The notes under the pieces are model-generated. The model had not been told where the DNA came from and ran no database searches. It saw nothing but the letters and a program-made list of their open reading frames with translations. This document shows positions 46,370-56,620 of a stretch of 64,000 nucleotides of DNA, in pieces. The stretch is taken from the NCBI GenBank assembly GCA_045806105.1, contig JBJMJY010000002.1:2438-66437 (forward strand), given 5' to 3'. A program made the translations under genes and the position numbers. The DNA is from Gaiellaceae bacterium. Its GTDB lineage: Bacteria > Actinomycetota > Thermoleophilia > Gaiellales > Gaiellaceae. Each line of letters begins with the position of its first letter. Position 1 is the stretch's first letter.

Positions 46370-47713
46370 ATGGCCACGGCACAGATCGCAGTCCCGACGC
46401 GCGACGTGGAGGAGGTCCTCCGCGAGGGCGGTCTCTCGCGCTTCCACCGTAAGGCGATCCTCGTCACCGGGGCGGCGTGGACGTTCGTCGCGATGGAGAT
46501 CCTGCTCGTCGGCTTCGTCGCGCCGATCTTCGCCGGCCTCTGGAATCTCGACGGCCGGATGCAGGGGCTCGTCAGCAGCGCCGCGCTTGCCGGATCGCTC
46601 TGCGGGTCGCTCGCGCTCGGGCGAGCCGCGGACCGGATCGGCCGGCGCGCGATCTTCCAGTACTCGATCCTCTGGTACGCGATCTTCACGGCCCTGACCG
46701 CACTCTCGTGGGGACCGTGGTCGGTGATGACCTTCCGCTTCCTCGCGGGCCTCGGGCTCGGCGGGATGCTTGTCGTCGACCCGTCGATGCTGACCGAGTA
46801 CCTGCCGCCGCAGCGGCGCGGGCGGCTGCTCGTGTTCCTCGACTTCTGGTGGCCGGTCGGACTGCTATTCGCGACCGGGCTGTCGTACGTCTTCCTCGGC
46901 CCGACGTTCGACCGCTTCGGCGACTGGAGCTGGCGCTACCTGTTCCTCGCCGCGGCGTTCCCGGCGTTCCTCGCGTTCGTCGTGCGTAGGAGTCTGCCCG
47001 AGAGCCCGTACTTCCTCGCGCGCCACGGCCGATCGGAGGAGGCGGCGAGCGTGCTGACCGAGATCACGGGCCGGCCCGTGGAGCCGGGCGACTTCGCCGC
47101 GCCCGAGGAGCCGCGCTCGAGGGTGCGCGACCTCTTCGCGGAGCGCCTGCGCAGCCGGGCCGTCACGACGGCCCTGATCTGGATCGCGCTGAACATCTCC
47201 TACTACGGGCTCTTCCTCTGGCTGCCGTTCGTGCTCCAGGCCGAGAAGAACTTCCACGTGAACGTCTACCTGCTGCTGACCCTGAGCGCGCTCTCACAGT
47301 TCCCCGGCTACGCGGCGGCGATCTGGCTTGTCGAGCGGGTCGGCCGCAAGCCGACGCTGGCGGCGTTCCTGCTGCTCGGCGGCGTCTCCGCGTACGCGTT
47401 CGCGGCAGCGGACACGCAGACCGTCTACGTGACGGCACTCTTCTTCGTCGGCTTCTTCAACCTCGGCGCCTGGGGTGCGGTCTACCCGTACACGTCCGAG
47501 ACGTTCCCGACGCGGCTCCGCTCGAGCGCGTTCGGCCTGATGGAGGGCGTCGGCAAGGCGGCCGCGATCGCCGGTCCCTACATCTTCGGGAACCTGAACG
47601 ACGCGACCGGCAGCACGACCTGGTCGCTCACGTTCATCGCGATCGTGATGGCCGCCGGCGGCGTCGTAGCAGCCGTCTTCGGCCGCGAAACGAAAGGCGC
47701 AGCGCTCAGCTAG
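46370..47713 (+). CDS. MFS transporter (NiaP/aromatic-acid-type; possible niacin transporter)
   Basis: ATG 46370. 12 hydrophobic segments, GRAADRIGRR motif, LAGLGLGG, PESPYFL. Divergent from the NrtR-like gene. Confidence 0.8.
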   Translation: MATAQIAVPTRDVEEVLREGGLSRFHRKAILVTGAAWTFVAMEILLVGFVAPIFAGLWNLDGRMQGLVSSAALAGSLCGSLALGRAADRIGRRAIFQYSILWYAIFTALTALSWGPWSVMTFRFLAGLGLGGMLVVDPSMLTEYLPPQRRGRLLVFLDFWWPVGLLFATGLSYVFLGPTFDRFGDWSWRYLFLAAAFPAFLAFVVRRSLPESPYFLARHGRSEEAASVLTEITGRPVEPGDFAAPEEPRSRVRDLFAERLRSRAVTTALIWIALNISYYGLFLWLPFVLQAEKNFHVNVYLLLTLSALSQFPGYAAAIWLVERVGRKPTLAAFLLLGGVSAYAFAAADTQTVYVTALFFVGFFNLGAWGAVYPYTSETFPTRLRSSAFGLMEGVGKAAAIAGPYIFGNLNDATGSTTWSLTFIAIVMAAGGVVAAVFGRETKGAALS

Positions 47714-47958
47714 CCGCCGGCGACGGCGGCGACCAGGCGGATCTCGGTCTCGCCCGCCAGCGGTGTCGCGAGGTCGTCGATCTGCTCCCGGTCGACGTAG
47801 ACGTTGACGAGCGGGCGGAGGGTGCCGCGCTCGTCGAAGAGCAGGTCAGCGATCGGCAGCCCCTGCAGCGCGTCACGCACGTTCGCGGCGTCGGTCTCGA
47901 ATCGCCCTTCGCCGCCCGCCTCGCGGGCGAGCAACGAGGGCAGCAGCACTACTGCCAT
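47710..47958 (-). CDS. MoaD/ThiS-family ubiquitin-like small protein ending in Gly-Gly
   Basis: 82 aa. MAVVLLPSLLAREAGGEGRFETDAANVRDALQGL...VNVYVDREQIDDLATPLAGETEIRLVAAVAGG-stop. The start overlaps the upstream gene end by 10 nt. Confidence 0.7.
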   Translation of the reverse strand: MAVVLLPSLLAREAGGEGRFETDAANVRDALQGLPIADLLFDERGTLRPLVNVYVDREQIDDLATPLAGETEIRLVAAVAGG

Positions 47959-49028
47959 TCGACGGATTCGACCGACAGGATCGTCGGGAGGAACCGTGCC
48001 GCCTCGACCCACGAGTCGCCCGCGTCGGGCGAGACGAACACGGAGCCGCCCTGCGTGCCCGCGTAGATCCCCACCGGGTCGAGCCCGTCGAACGACATCC
48101 CCTCGCGCATGATCGAGGCCCACGCCTGCTGCGGCAGGCCCTCCTGCAAGAGGTCCCACGAGGCGCCGCCGTCACGCGTTCGGTAGACGCCGAGCCGCCC
48201 GTTCGGGGTCACGCGGTTCTCGGCGCCTTCCTCCGGGATCACGTAGGCGGCGTCCGGGTCGGCGGGATCTAGAGCGAGCGGGAAGCCGAACCCCGAAGGC
48301 AACCCGTTGTCCTCGAGGCGCTCCCAGGTATCGCCGCGATCGTCCGACCGGTAGACGCCGCAGTGGTTCTGCTGCCAGAGCCGCTCTGGCTTCGCCGGGT
48401 GCACGAGGAGCTTGTGCACGCACTGCCCGACCTCGGGATAGGGGTTGTCCGGGAAGAAGTCGGCGGCGACGTTCTTGTTGATCGGCGTCCAGGATCCGCC
48501 GCCGTCCTCGCTGCGGAAGCCGCCTGCCGCCGAGATCGCGATGTAGATCCGCTGAGGGTTCGACGGGTCGACCTGGATCGAGTGACAGCAGAGCCCGCCC
48601 GCGCCGGGGTTCCACTTCTCGCGCGTCGGGTGCTCGATCAGCGACTGCACCGGCTCCCACGTGGCGCCGCCGTCGGTGCTCTTGAACAGCGCGCCGGGGG
48701 TCCCTCCGAGCCACATCGTCCCGGGCTCGTCCGGGTGGCCCGGCTCGACGTGCCACGACTTCTCCCAGGTGAGCCCGCTCTCCTCGGGAAGCCCGATCTG
48801 CTCGGCGCGCTCCCACGTCTCGCCGAGGTCGCTCGAGCGGTGCGCGGTCGCGCCGTACACCCAGTTGTTGGTCGCCGCGTGGACGGTCCCGTCGCGCGGG
48901 TCGCGCGTCGCGTGGAAGACCTCGAAGCCGGTCAGGTGCGGCCCCTCGAGCTTCCAGTCCCGGCGGGTTTCGTCGCTCGTGAGCACGAAAAGCCCCTTGC
49001 GGGTACCGACGAGGACGGCGACTCCCAT
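47949..49028 (-). CDS. BNR/Asp-box repeat beta-propeller protein (sialidase-like / Ycf48-like fold), no signal peptide
   Basis: Six Asp-box-like repeats: SSDLGETW, STDGGATW, SEDGGGSW, SDDRGDTW, TRDGGASW, SPDAGDSW. Confidence 0.85.
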   Translation of the reverse strand: MGVAVLVGTRKGLFVLTSDETRRDWKLEGPHLTGFEVFHATRDPRDGTVHAATNNWVYGATAHRSSDLGETWERAEQIGLPEESGLTWEKSWHVEPGHPDEPGTMWLGGTPGALFKSTDGGATWEPVQSLIEHPTREKWNPGAGGLCCHSIQVDPSNPQRIYIAISAAGGFRSEDGGGSWTPINKNVAADFFPDNPYPEVGQCVHKLLVHPAKPERLWQQNHCGVYRSDDRGDTWERLEDNGLPSGFGFPLALDPADPDAAYVIPEEGAENRVTPNGRLGVYRTRDGGASWDLLQEGLPQQAWASIMREGMSFDGLDPVGIYAGTQGGSVFVSPDAGDSWVEAARFLPTILSVESVEWQ

Positions 49029-49063
49029 CGAGTGATTAGCCTAACGACAGCGAAAGGAGAACG

Positions 49064-49474
49064 ATGCCAACTAGGACCCGAACCCTCAACGACGCCCAGC
49101 GCGCGCTCCTCGAGCAGCCGTTCCCCGGCGGGTTGACGACGCTCCGCGCCGACGGCTCGCCGCATACCACGATCGTGTGGGTCGACGTCGACGAGGACGG
49201 CCCCAGCTTCAACACGGCGGGCGGGCGCGCGAAGCCCCGGCACCTGGAGCGCGACCCGCGCCTCTCGCTGCTCGTGGTCGACCCCCAGGACCAGTACCGC
49301 TGGGTCTCGATCAGCGGCCGCGCGGAGATGACGACCGAGGGCGCAGACGACCAGATCGACAAGCTTGCGAAGAAGTACCTCGGCCAGGACGAGTACCCGT
49401 GGCGCAAGCCGGAGGAGACGCGCATCAAGGTGCGCATCCACCCGGAGCGCATCGACTCGTACGGCCTCGACTAG
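49064..49474 (+). CDS. PPOX-class (probably F420-dependent) oxidoreductase
   Basis: AAAGGAGA SD. LLEQPFPGGLTTLRADGSPHTTIVWVDVDEDG..FNT..GRAKPRHLERDPRLSLLVVD...ISGRAEM. Confidence 0.8.
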   Translation: MPTRTRTLNDAQRALLEQPFPGGLTTLRADGSPHTTIVWVDVDEDGPSFNTAGGRAKPRHLERDPRLSLLVVDPQDQYRWVSISGRAEMTTEGADDQIDKLAKKYLGQDEYPWRKPEETRIKVRIHPERIDSYGLD

Positions 49475-49477
49475 CAG

Positions 49478-50329
49478 TTGCTCACCCTCTGCGACGTCGG
49501 CCCGCGCGACGGCCTCCAGAACGAGGCCGAGCCGCTGGAGCCAGCGACGCGGGCCGAGCTCGTCAACCGCCTCGCCGCCGCCGGCCTGGCGCGCGTCGAG
49601 GCGGTCAGCTTCGTGCGCGACGACCGCGTTCCGCAGATGGCGCGCGCCGAGGAGGTCGTCGCGGGGATCGAGCGCCGCGACGGTACCGAGTACTCGGGCC
49701 TCGTGCTCAACGAGCAGGGCTACGAGCGCTTCGCGCAGACCGGTCTCGACCGCGTCAACGCGACCCTCGGCGCGACCGAGGAGTTCAACCGGCGCAACGG
49801 CAACGCCTCGCTCGAGGAGGCGGTCGCCCGCGTCGAGCTGATCATGGCGGAGACGCAGCGGCCGGCGACGGTCACGATCAGCGTCGCCTTCGGCTGCCCC
49901 TTCGAGGGACGCGTCGACCCGGGTGTGGTGGCCGACCTCGCGTCGCGGTTCGATGGGGCCGAGGTCGTCCTCGCCGACACGATCGGGGTTGCCGCGCCGC
50001 GGGAGGTCACGGCGCTCGTCGCGCGCGCCGGCGCCGCCGGCTTTCACGGCCACAACACACGCAACACGGGCTACGCGAATGCCCTGGCCGCGCTCGCGGC
50101 GGGGGCGACGGTGCTCGACTCGTCGGTGGGCGGCCTCGGCGGCTGTCCGTACGCGCCGCGTGCAAGCGGCAACGTCGCGACCGAGGATCTCGTCTACCTG
50201 CTCGAGCACGAGGGCGTCGAGACGGGCGTCGATCTCGACGCACTGATCGAGACGGCGGTCTGGCTCGAGGGCATCTTCGGCCGCCGCCTCGAGGGCCAGG
50301 TCTACCGGGCCGGCACCTTTCCGGCGTGA
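49478..50329 (+). CDS. hydroxymethylglutaryl-CoA lyase
   Basis: LCDVGPRDGLQNE, VEAVSFV, LADTIGVAAP, GFHGHNTRNTGYANALAAL, LDSSVGGLGGCPYAPRASGNV. Confidence 0.9.
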   Translation: MLTLCDVGPRDGLQNEAEPLEPATRAELVNRLAAAGLARVEAVSFVRDDRVPQMARAEEVVAGIERRDGTEYSGLVLNEQGYERFAQTGLDRVNATLGATEEFNRRNGNASLEEAVARVELIMAETQRPATVTISVAFGCPFEGRVDPGVVADLASRFDGAEVVLADTIGVAAPREVTALVARAGAAGFHGHNTRNTGYANALAALAAGATVLDSSVGGLGGCPYAPRASGNVATEDLVYLLEHEGVETGVDLDALIETAVWLEGIFGRRLEGQVYRAGTFPA

Positions 50330-51687
50330 TCCGCGAACGCCTGCACCGCGACGTCGATCTCCTCGTCTCCGGTCTGCCAGTTGGAGACCGAGACGCGGAT
50401 CGCCCTGCGCCCCTGCCAGGTCGTGCCGCCGAGCCAGACACGGCCGCTCTCCTGCACCCGGCGTAGCACCTCGTCGGTGCGTTCGTCCGTCTCGAAGCGG
50501 AAGAGCACCTGGTTGAGCACGACCTCGTTCACGACCTCGGCGCCGTCGACGTTCGCGATGCGCTCGGCGAAGCGGGCGGCGGCGTCGCAGCAGCGCTCGA
50601 CGAGCTCGCGCACGCCGCGGCGGCCGAGCGAGCGCAGCGCCGCGTAGACCGCGAACCCGCGGGCACGGCGCGAGAACTCCGGCACCCAGTCCACCGCGTC
50701 GCGAACGCGCCGCGCTCCCTCGTCCTGGATCAGGTACGAGGCGGTCACGGTCATCGCGTTGCGGTGCGACTCGGGGTGCGCGCAGAAGATGAGCCCCGAG
50801 TCGTACGGCACCTGCAGCCACTTGTGCGCGTCGGTGGTCCACGAGTCGGCGCGCTCGATTCCTGCGACGAGGTGGCGGAACCGCGGCGAGGCCGCGGCCC
50901 AGATGCCGAAGGCGCCGTCGACATGCAGCCATGCCCGTGCGTCTTCGCACGCGGCGGCGATCTCGGGCAGCGGGTCGAAGGCGCCGGTGTTCACGTCGCC
51001 GGCCTGCGCGCAGACGATCGTCGGGCCCGCGCTTCCGGCGAGGGCCTCGGCCAAGGCATCCTCCTGCATCCGGCCCTCGCCGTCGGCCGCCACCACGGTT
51101 GGCGCGCCGAGGCCGAGCAGCCGCAGAGCCCGGTCGACGGTCACGTGGCGCTGCTCGCCGACGAGGACGCGGATCGGCGGAGCGCCGGGGAGCCCGTCGC
51201 GGCCGACGTCCCAGCCGGCGTCATCCAGCACGTGCCAGCGCGCGGCCGCGAGCCCGGTGACGTGGGCGAGCTGCGTGCCGGTGACGTACCCGATCGACGC
51301 CTCGCCCGGGAGGCCGAGCAGCTCGAGGAGCCACTCGCGCGTCACCTGCTCGACCACCGACGCGGACGGCCCGATCGGGTAGATGCCGGCGTTCTGGTCC
51401 CAGGCCGAGGTCAGCCAGTCGGCCGCCAGCGCGGCGGGGAGCGCGCCGCCGATCACGAAGCCGAAGTAGCGGCCGCTGCCCTCCGCGACCACACCCGGCT
51501 CCGCGCGCTCGACTAGATCGGTCAGCACCTGGTCCGGGTCGACCGGTTCCTCGGGCAGCGGCCCGCCGAGCGCCTCCCGCAACGCCTCGGGCGTCACGTT
51601 CGGGAACACGGGCCGCTCGTCGAGACTCTCGACATAGTCCGCGGCGATCTCGGCAGTGCGCCGGAGCAGGTCTCGGACGTCGCTCAC
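50302..51687 (-). CDS. group II PLP-dependent decarboxylase family protein
   Basis: YFGFVIGGALPAALAADWL, GYVTGTQLAHV, WLHVDGAFG, SWTTDAHKWLQVPYDSG (PLP lysine). Confidence 0.85.
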   Translation of the reverse strand: MSDVRDLLRRTAEIAADYVESLDERPVFPNVTPEALREALGGPLPEEPVDPDQVLTDLVERAEPGVVAEGSGRYFGFVIGGALPAALAADWLTSAWDQNAGIYPIGPSASVVEQVTREWLLELLGLPGEASIGYVTGTQLAHVTGLAAARWHVLDDAGWDVGRDGLPGAPPIRVLVGEQRHVTVDRALRLLGLGAPTVVAADGEGRMQEDALAEALAGSAGPTIVCAQAGDVNTGAFDPLPEIAAACEDARAWLHVDGAFGIWAAASPRFRHLVAGIERADSWTTDAHKWLQVPYDSGLIFCAHPESHRNAMTVTASYLIQDEGARRVRDAVDWVPEFSRRARGFAVYAALRSLGRRGVRELVERCCDAAARFAERIANVDGAEVVNEVVLNQVLFRFETDERTDEVLRRVQESGRVWLGGTTWQGRRAIRVSVSNWQTGDEEIDVAVQAFADHAGKVPAR

Positions 51688-51768
51688 GACGGTCGCTCCA
51701 CTGCGAGAGCGGCGCTCACGGCCTGCCCTCGCTTCGAGGACTCCGGCGAAACCAGACGCGTAGCGTGG

Positions 51769-52311
51769 TCATGTGTTCAGGGCGAAGAGCTGCGCCTCGC
51801 GCCGGCCGAGCAGCACGTCGCGCTCGTGCTCGAGCCCGAGCTTGCGCGCGACGTTCTCCGACGCGGCATTGCCGTGGATGATCAGCGCGATCAGCCGGTC
51901 GGCCCCGAGCTCGCGCAGCGCGTAGTCCCGCACCGCGCCCGCGGCCTCGGTTGCGTAGCCGAGCCCCCAGTAGTCGCGCCCGAGCGTGTAGCCGACCTCG
52001 ACCTCGGTCCGGCCGTCCTGGGCCTCGGCGCGGGTGGTCGGCTCCCACGTCTCGGGGTTCCAGACGAGCAGTCCGACGCGCCCGATCACGGCGGCGTCCT
52101 CCTTCCGAACCGCCGTGAAGAGCCCGAAGCCGTCCGCCTCCCAGCGCTGGATCATTCGCTTCACCGAGCGCTCGGTCTCGCCGCGCGTCAGCGGCCGGCC
52201 GTCGCCGACAAAACGCATCACCTCCGGGTCGGCGTACATGGGCGCGAGCAGCTCCGCGTCGTCTGGCACCGGCGCGCGGAGCAGGAGCCGGTCGGTCTCG
52301 AGCGCGACCAT
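51769..52311 (-). CDS. GNAT N-acetyltransferase (RimJ/RimL-like)
   Basis: [31 protein letters not shown]...[26 protein letters not shown]...[20 protein letters not shown]. Confidence 0.85.
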   Translation of the reverse strand: MVALETDRLLLRAPVPDDAELLAPMYADPEVMRFVGDGRPLTRGETERSVKRMIQRWEADGFGLFTAVRKEDAAVIGRVGLLVWNPETWEPTTRAEAQDGRTEVEVGYTLGRDYWGLGYATEAAGAVRDYALRELGADRLIALIIHGNAASENVARKLGLEHERDVLLGRREAQLFALNT

Positions 52312-52321
52312 CGTGAGGAGC

Positions 52322-53059
52322 CTAGAGGACCAGCTTCACCAGGAACACGATCGCCACGATCGCGGCGACGAAGAGCACGAGCTTGGCCAGGCCGCCGGCT
52401 GCGTGGCGGGCCTGCGTCGCCGGCGAGCCGCTGAGCGCCGCGTCGAGCTGCTCCTCGATGTAGCGGTCGATCCGGTCGTCGAAGCGCTTCTCGAACGCCT
52501 TCTTCGGGTTCTCGGATTTCAGCGGGGGAAACGAGCGCGACGACTCCTCCAGCGCTACCTCGTAGACGTGTTCGTGCTGGATGTCCTTCAGGTGCGCCTG
52601 GCCGAGGTCGCGGACGCTGACGCGGTCCGGGAGGTCGTTGCCGAGCAGGGCGCGCGTCGTCTCCGAAAGGAGGATCTGTCCGCCGTGCCCGGCCGCGCAG
52701 ATGCGGGCGGCCCGCACCACGTCGAGGCCGACGTAGCCCTCCTCGCCCACGGTCGGCTCGCCGGTGTGGAGGCCGATGCGCACGCGCACCTCGGCGCCGC
52801 GCGGCCACTCGTGCCGCGCGAGGGCACGCTGTCCCTCGACTGCCGCCCGCACCGCATCTCGCGCGCGCGGGAACGAGTAGAAGAAGGCGTCGCCCTGGGT
52901 ATCGACCTCGCTTCCCCCGGCGGCCTTGAACACGTCGCGCAGCAGTCGCCGGTGGTCGGCGACCACCTGACCGTAGCCGTCGCCCAGCTCCTGCAGGAGC
53001 TGGGTGGAGCCCTCGATGTCCGTGAAGAGGAAGGTGACGGTGCCGCCGGGGAGTGCCAC
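52322..53059 (-). CDS. class III adenylate/guanylate cyclase with C-terminal tail anchor
   Basis: GTG 53059. [12 protein letters not shown]...[16 protein letters not shown]...RIGLHTGEP...[12 protein letters not shown]; ends [22 protein letters not shown]. Confidence 0.8.
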   Translation of the reverse strand: MALPGGTVTFLFTDIEGSTQLLQELGDGYGQVVADHRRLLRDVFKAAGGSEVDTQGDAFFYSFPRARDAVRAAVEGQRALARHEWPRGAEVRVRIGLHTGEPTVGEEGYVGLDVVRAARICAAGHGGQILLSETTRALLGNDLPDRVSVRDLGQAHLKDIQHEHVYEVALEESSRSFPPLKSENPKKAFEKRFDDRIDRYIEEQLDAALSGSPATQARHAAGGLAKLVLFVAAIVAIVFLVKLVL

Positions 53060-53077
53060 GGCACTACCGTACAAAGC

Positions 53078-54967
<1,890 letters not shown>

Positions 54968-54969
54968 CG

Positions 54970-54994
54970 AACAAGTAACAGTCTGTTACTTGTT
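54970..54994. promoter_or_regulatory. AT-rich perfect palindrome (operator-like), copy 1
   Basis: aacaagtaacag-t-ctgttacttgtt (12-1-12), starting 3 nt after the upstream stop codon. Confidence 0.5.
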
Positions 54995-55051
54995 GGTTGG
55001 AGGCGGTACGAACTCAAGAACGCACGGAGGTTCCAGCGTCTCGAAGCCGCT

Positions 55052-55068
55052 AGTAACAGTCTGTTACT
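55052..55068. promoter_or_regulatory. AT-rich perfect palindrome (operator-like), copy 2
   Basis: agtaacag-t-ctgttact (8-1-8). Same 17-nt core as copy 1, centres 78 bp apart, 38 nt upstream of the livG-like GTG. Confidence 0.5.
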
Positions 55069-55105
55069 TGGATCGACGGCGGCGGGCGCCGTAGAGTCCT
55101 CCGCC

Positions 55106-55810
55106 GTGGCGCTGCTCACGGTCGAGCACGTGACGAAGACGTTCGGCGGGGTCGTGGCGGTCGACGACGTCTCGCTGGACGTGGCCGAGGGCGAGATCGT
55201 CGGCCTCATCGGGCCGAACGGCGCGGGCAAGACGACGCTCTTCAACCTCGTCACGCGCCTCTACAGGCCCGACGCGGGCGAGATCGCGTTCGACGGCGAG
55301 AGCCTCCTGCGCACACCGGCGCACCGGATCGTCCGTCGCGGGATCGCACGCACGTTCCAGAACGTCGAGCTCTTCCCGTCGATGACCGTGCTCGAGCACG
55401 TGCTCGTCGGCCGCCACGCGCGCCGCGGCGGCAGTGCGCGCGAGCTGCTCGCCTACGTCGGCCTCTCGCCCCTCGCGCACCGGCCCGCCGCCGAGCTCTC
55501 GTTCGGCACGAGGAAGCGGGTCGAGCTGGCGCGCGCGCTCGCGGCAGGCCCGCGGCTGCTGCTCCTCGACGAGCCGGCGGGCGGGCTGAACCACGAGGAG
55601 GTCGAGCAGCTCGGCACGCTGATCCGCAACCTCCGGCGCGACTTCGAGCTGACGCTGCTCCTGGTCGAGCACCACATGGGCCTCGTGATGGCCGTCGCCG
55701 AGCGCGTGCACGTGCTCGACTTCGGCCGCCTGATCGCCAGCGGCACGCCGCGTGACGTGCAGAGCGATCCGAACGTGATCGAGGCCTACCTCGGAGCTCC
55801 TGTTGGCTGA
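55106..55810 (+). CDS. livG: branched-chain amino acid ABC transporter ATP-binding protein (LivG-like)
   Basis: LLTVEHVTKTFGGVVAVDDVSL...GLIGPNGAGKTTLFN...LSFGTRKRVELARAL...LLLLDEPAGGLN...VEHHM. Confidence 0.85.
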   Translation: MALLTVEHVTKTFGGVVAVDDVSLDVAEGEIVGLIGPNGAGKTTLFNLVTRLYRPDAGEIAFDGESLLRTPAHRIVRRGIARTFQNVELFPSMTVLEHVLVGRHARRGGSARELLAYVGLSPLAHRPAAELSFGTRKRVELARALAAGPRLLLLDEPAGGLNHEEVEQLGTLIRNLRRDFELTLLLVEHHMGLVMAVAERVHVLDFGRLIASGTPRDVQSDPNVIEAYLGAPVG

Positions 55811-56519
55811 GGCCCTGCTGGAGCTCGAGGACGTCACGGCGCGCTACGGGCCCGTGACCGCGCTGCACGGCGTCTCGTTGCGCGTGGACGAGGGCGAGAT
55901 GGTGGCCGTCCTCGGCGCGAACGGGGCGGGGAAGACGACGACCCTGCGCGCGGTCTCGGGCACGGTCCGCCGCGGAGGCGCGATTACGTTCGCCGGCAAG
56001 AGCATCGTGCGCCGCTCGCCCGAGGCTGTGGCGCGCACCGGCATCGCCCACGTGCCCGAAGGCCGCGGCACGCTGACAGAGCTGAGCGTCCGCGAGAACC
56101 TCCGCCTCGGCGCCTACACGCGCCGCGACCGCAAGGGCGTCGCCGCCGACGAGCGGCGCGTGCTCTCGTACTTTCCGCGCCTCGAGGAACGCGCTTCGCA
56201 GCGCGCGGGGACGCTCAGCGGCGGCGAGCAGCAGATGCTCGCGCTCGCGCGCGCGCTGATGCTGAGGCCGCGCCTGCTGCTCCTCGACGAGCCGTCGCTC
56301 GGGCTCGCGCCGATCGTCGTCGGCGAGATCTTCCGGATCGTGCGCGAGCTGAACGAGCGCGAGGGCCTCGCCGTGCTCGTGGTCGAGCAGAACGCCGCGC
56401 TGGCGCTCGAGGCCTCCTCCCGCGCGTACGTGCTCGAGGTCGGCAAGGTCGCCCTCGAGGGAACCAGCGCCGATCTCCGCCGCGACGAAGCCGTCCGGCA
56501 CTCGTACCTGGGGTACTGA
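55803..56519 (+). CDS. livF: branched-chain amino acid ABC transporter ATP-binding protein (LivF-like)
   Basis: LLELEDVTARYGPVTALHGVSL...VLGANGAGKTTTL...LSGGEQQMLALARAL...LLLLDEPSLGLAP...VEQN. Confidence 0.85.
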   Translation: MAEALLELEDVTARYGPVTALHGVSLRVDEGEMVAVLGANGAGKTTTLRAVSGTVRRGGAITFAGKSIVRRSPEAVARTGIAHVPEGRGTLTELSVRENLRLGAYTRRDRKGVAADERRVLSYFPRLEERASQRAGTLSGGEQQMLALARALMLRPRLLLLDEPSLGLAPIVVGEIFRIVRELNEREGLAVLVVEQNAALALEASSRAYVLEVGKVALEGTSADLRRDEAVRHSYLGY

Positions 56520-56552
56520 CGCTACGGAACGTCCTAGTAGCTCTTGTCAGAC

Positions 56553-56604
56553 GGGCGCACGGGCGAAGCCCGCACGCCCTCTAGGCGCCGCCGCGAGCGG
56601 CGGC
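56553..56604 (+). other. two consecutive GC-rich hairpins inside the liv operon (between ATPase and permease genes)
   Basis: gggcgcacgggc-gaa-gcccgcacgccc (56553-56579, 10 bp with a 2x2 internal loop, flanked by cctag/ctagg) and gccgccg-cgag-cggcggc (56587-56604). Confidence 0.35.
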
Positions 56605-56620
56605 TCGGGTTACTGAGCGG

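Noticed and set aside
52034-53077. N-terminal 348 codons of the 977-aa ORF, and likewise the upstream parts of ORFs 17409..19379, 38281.., 46079.., 59748..62072 and 60671..62665
   Set aside because: These extensions run antisense through well-supported genes or are Arg-rich filler. Internal starts with SD, signal peptides or stop/start overlaps fit better.
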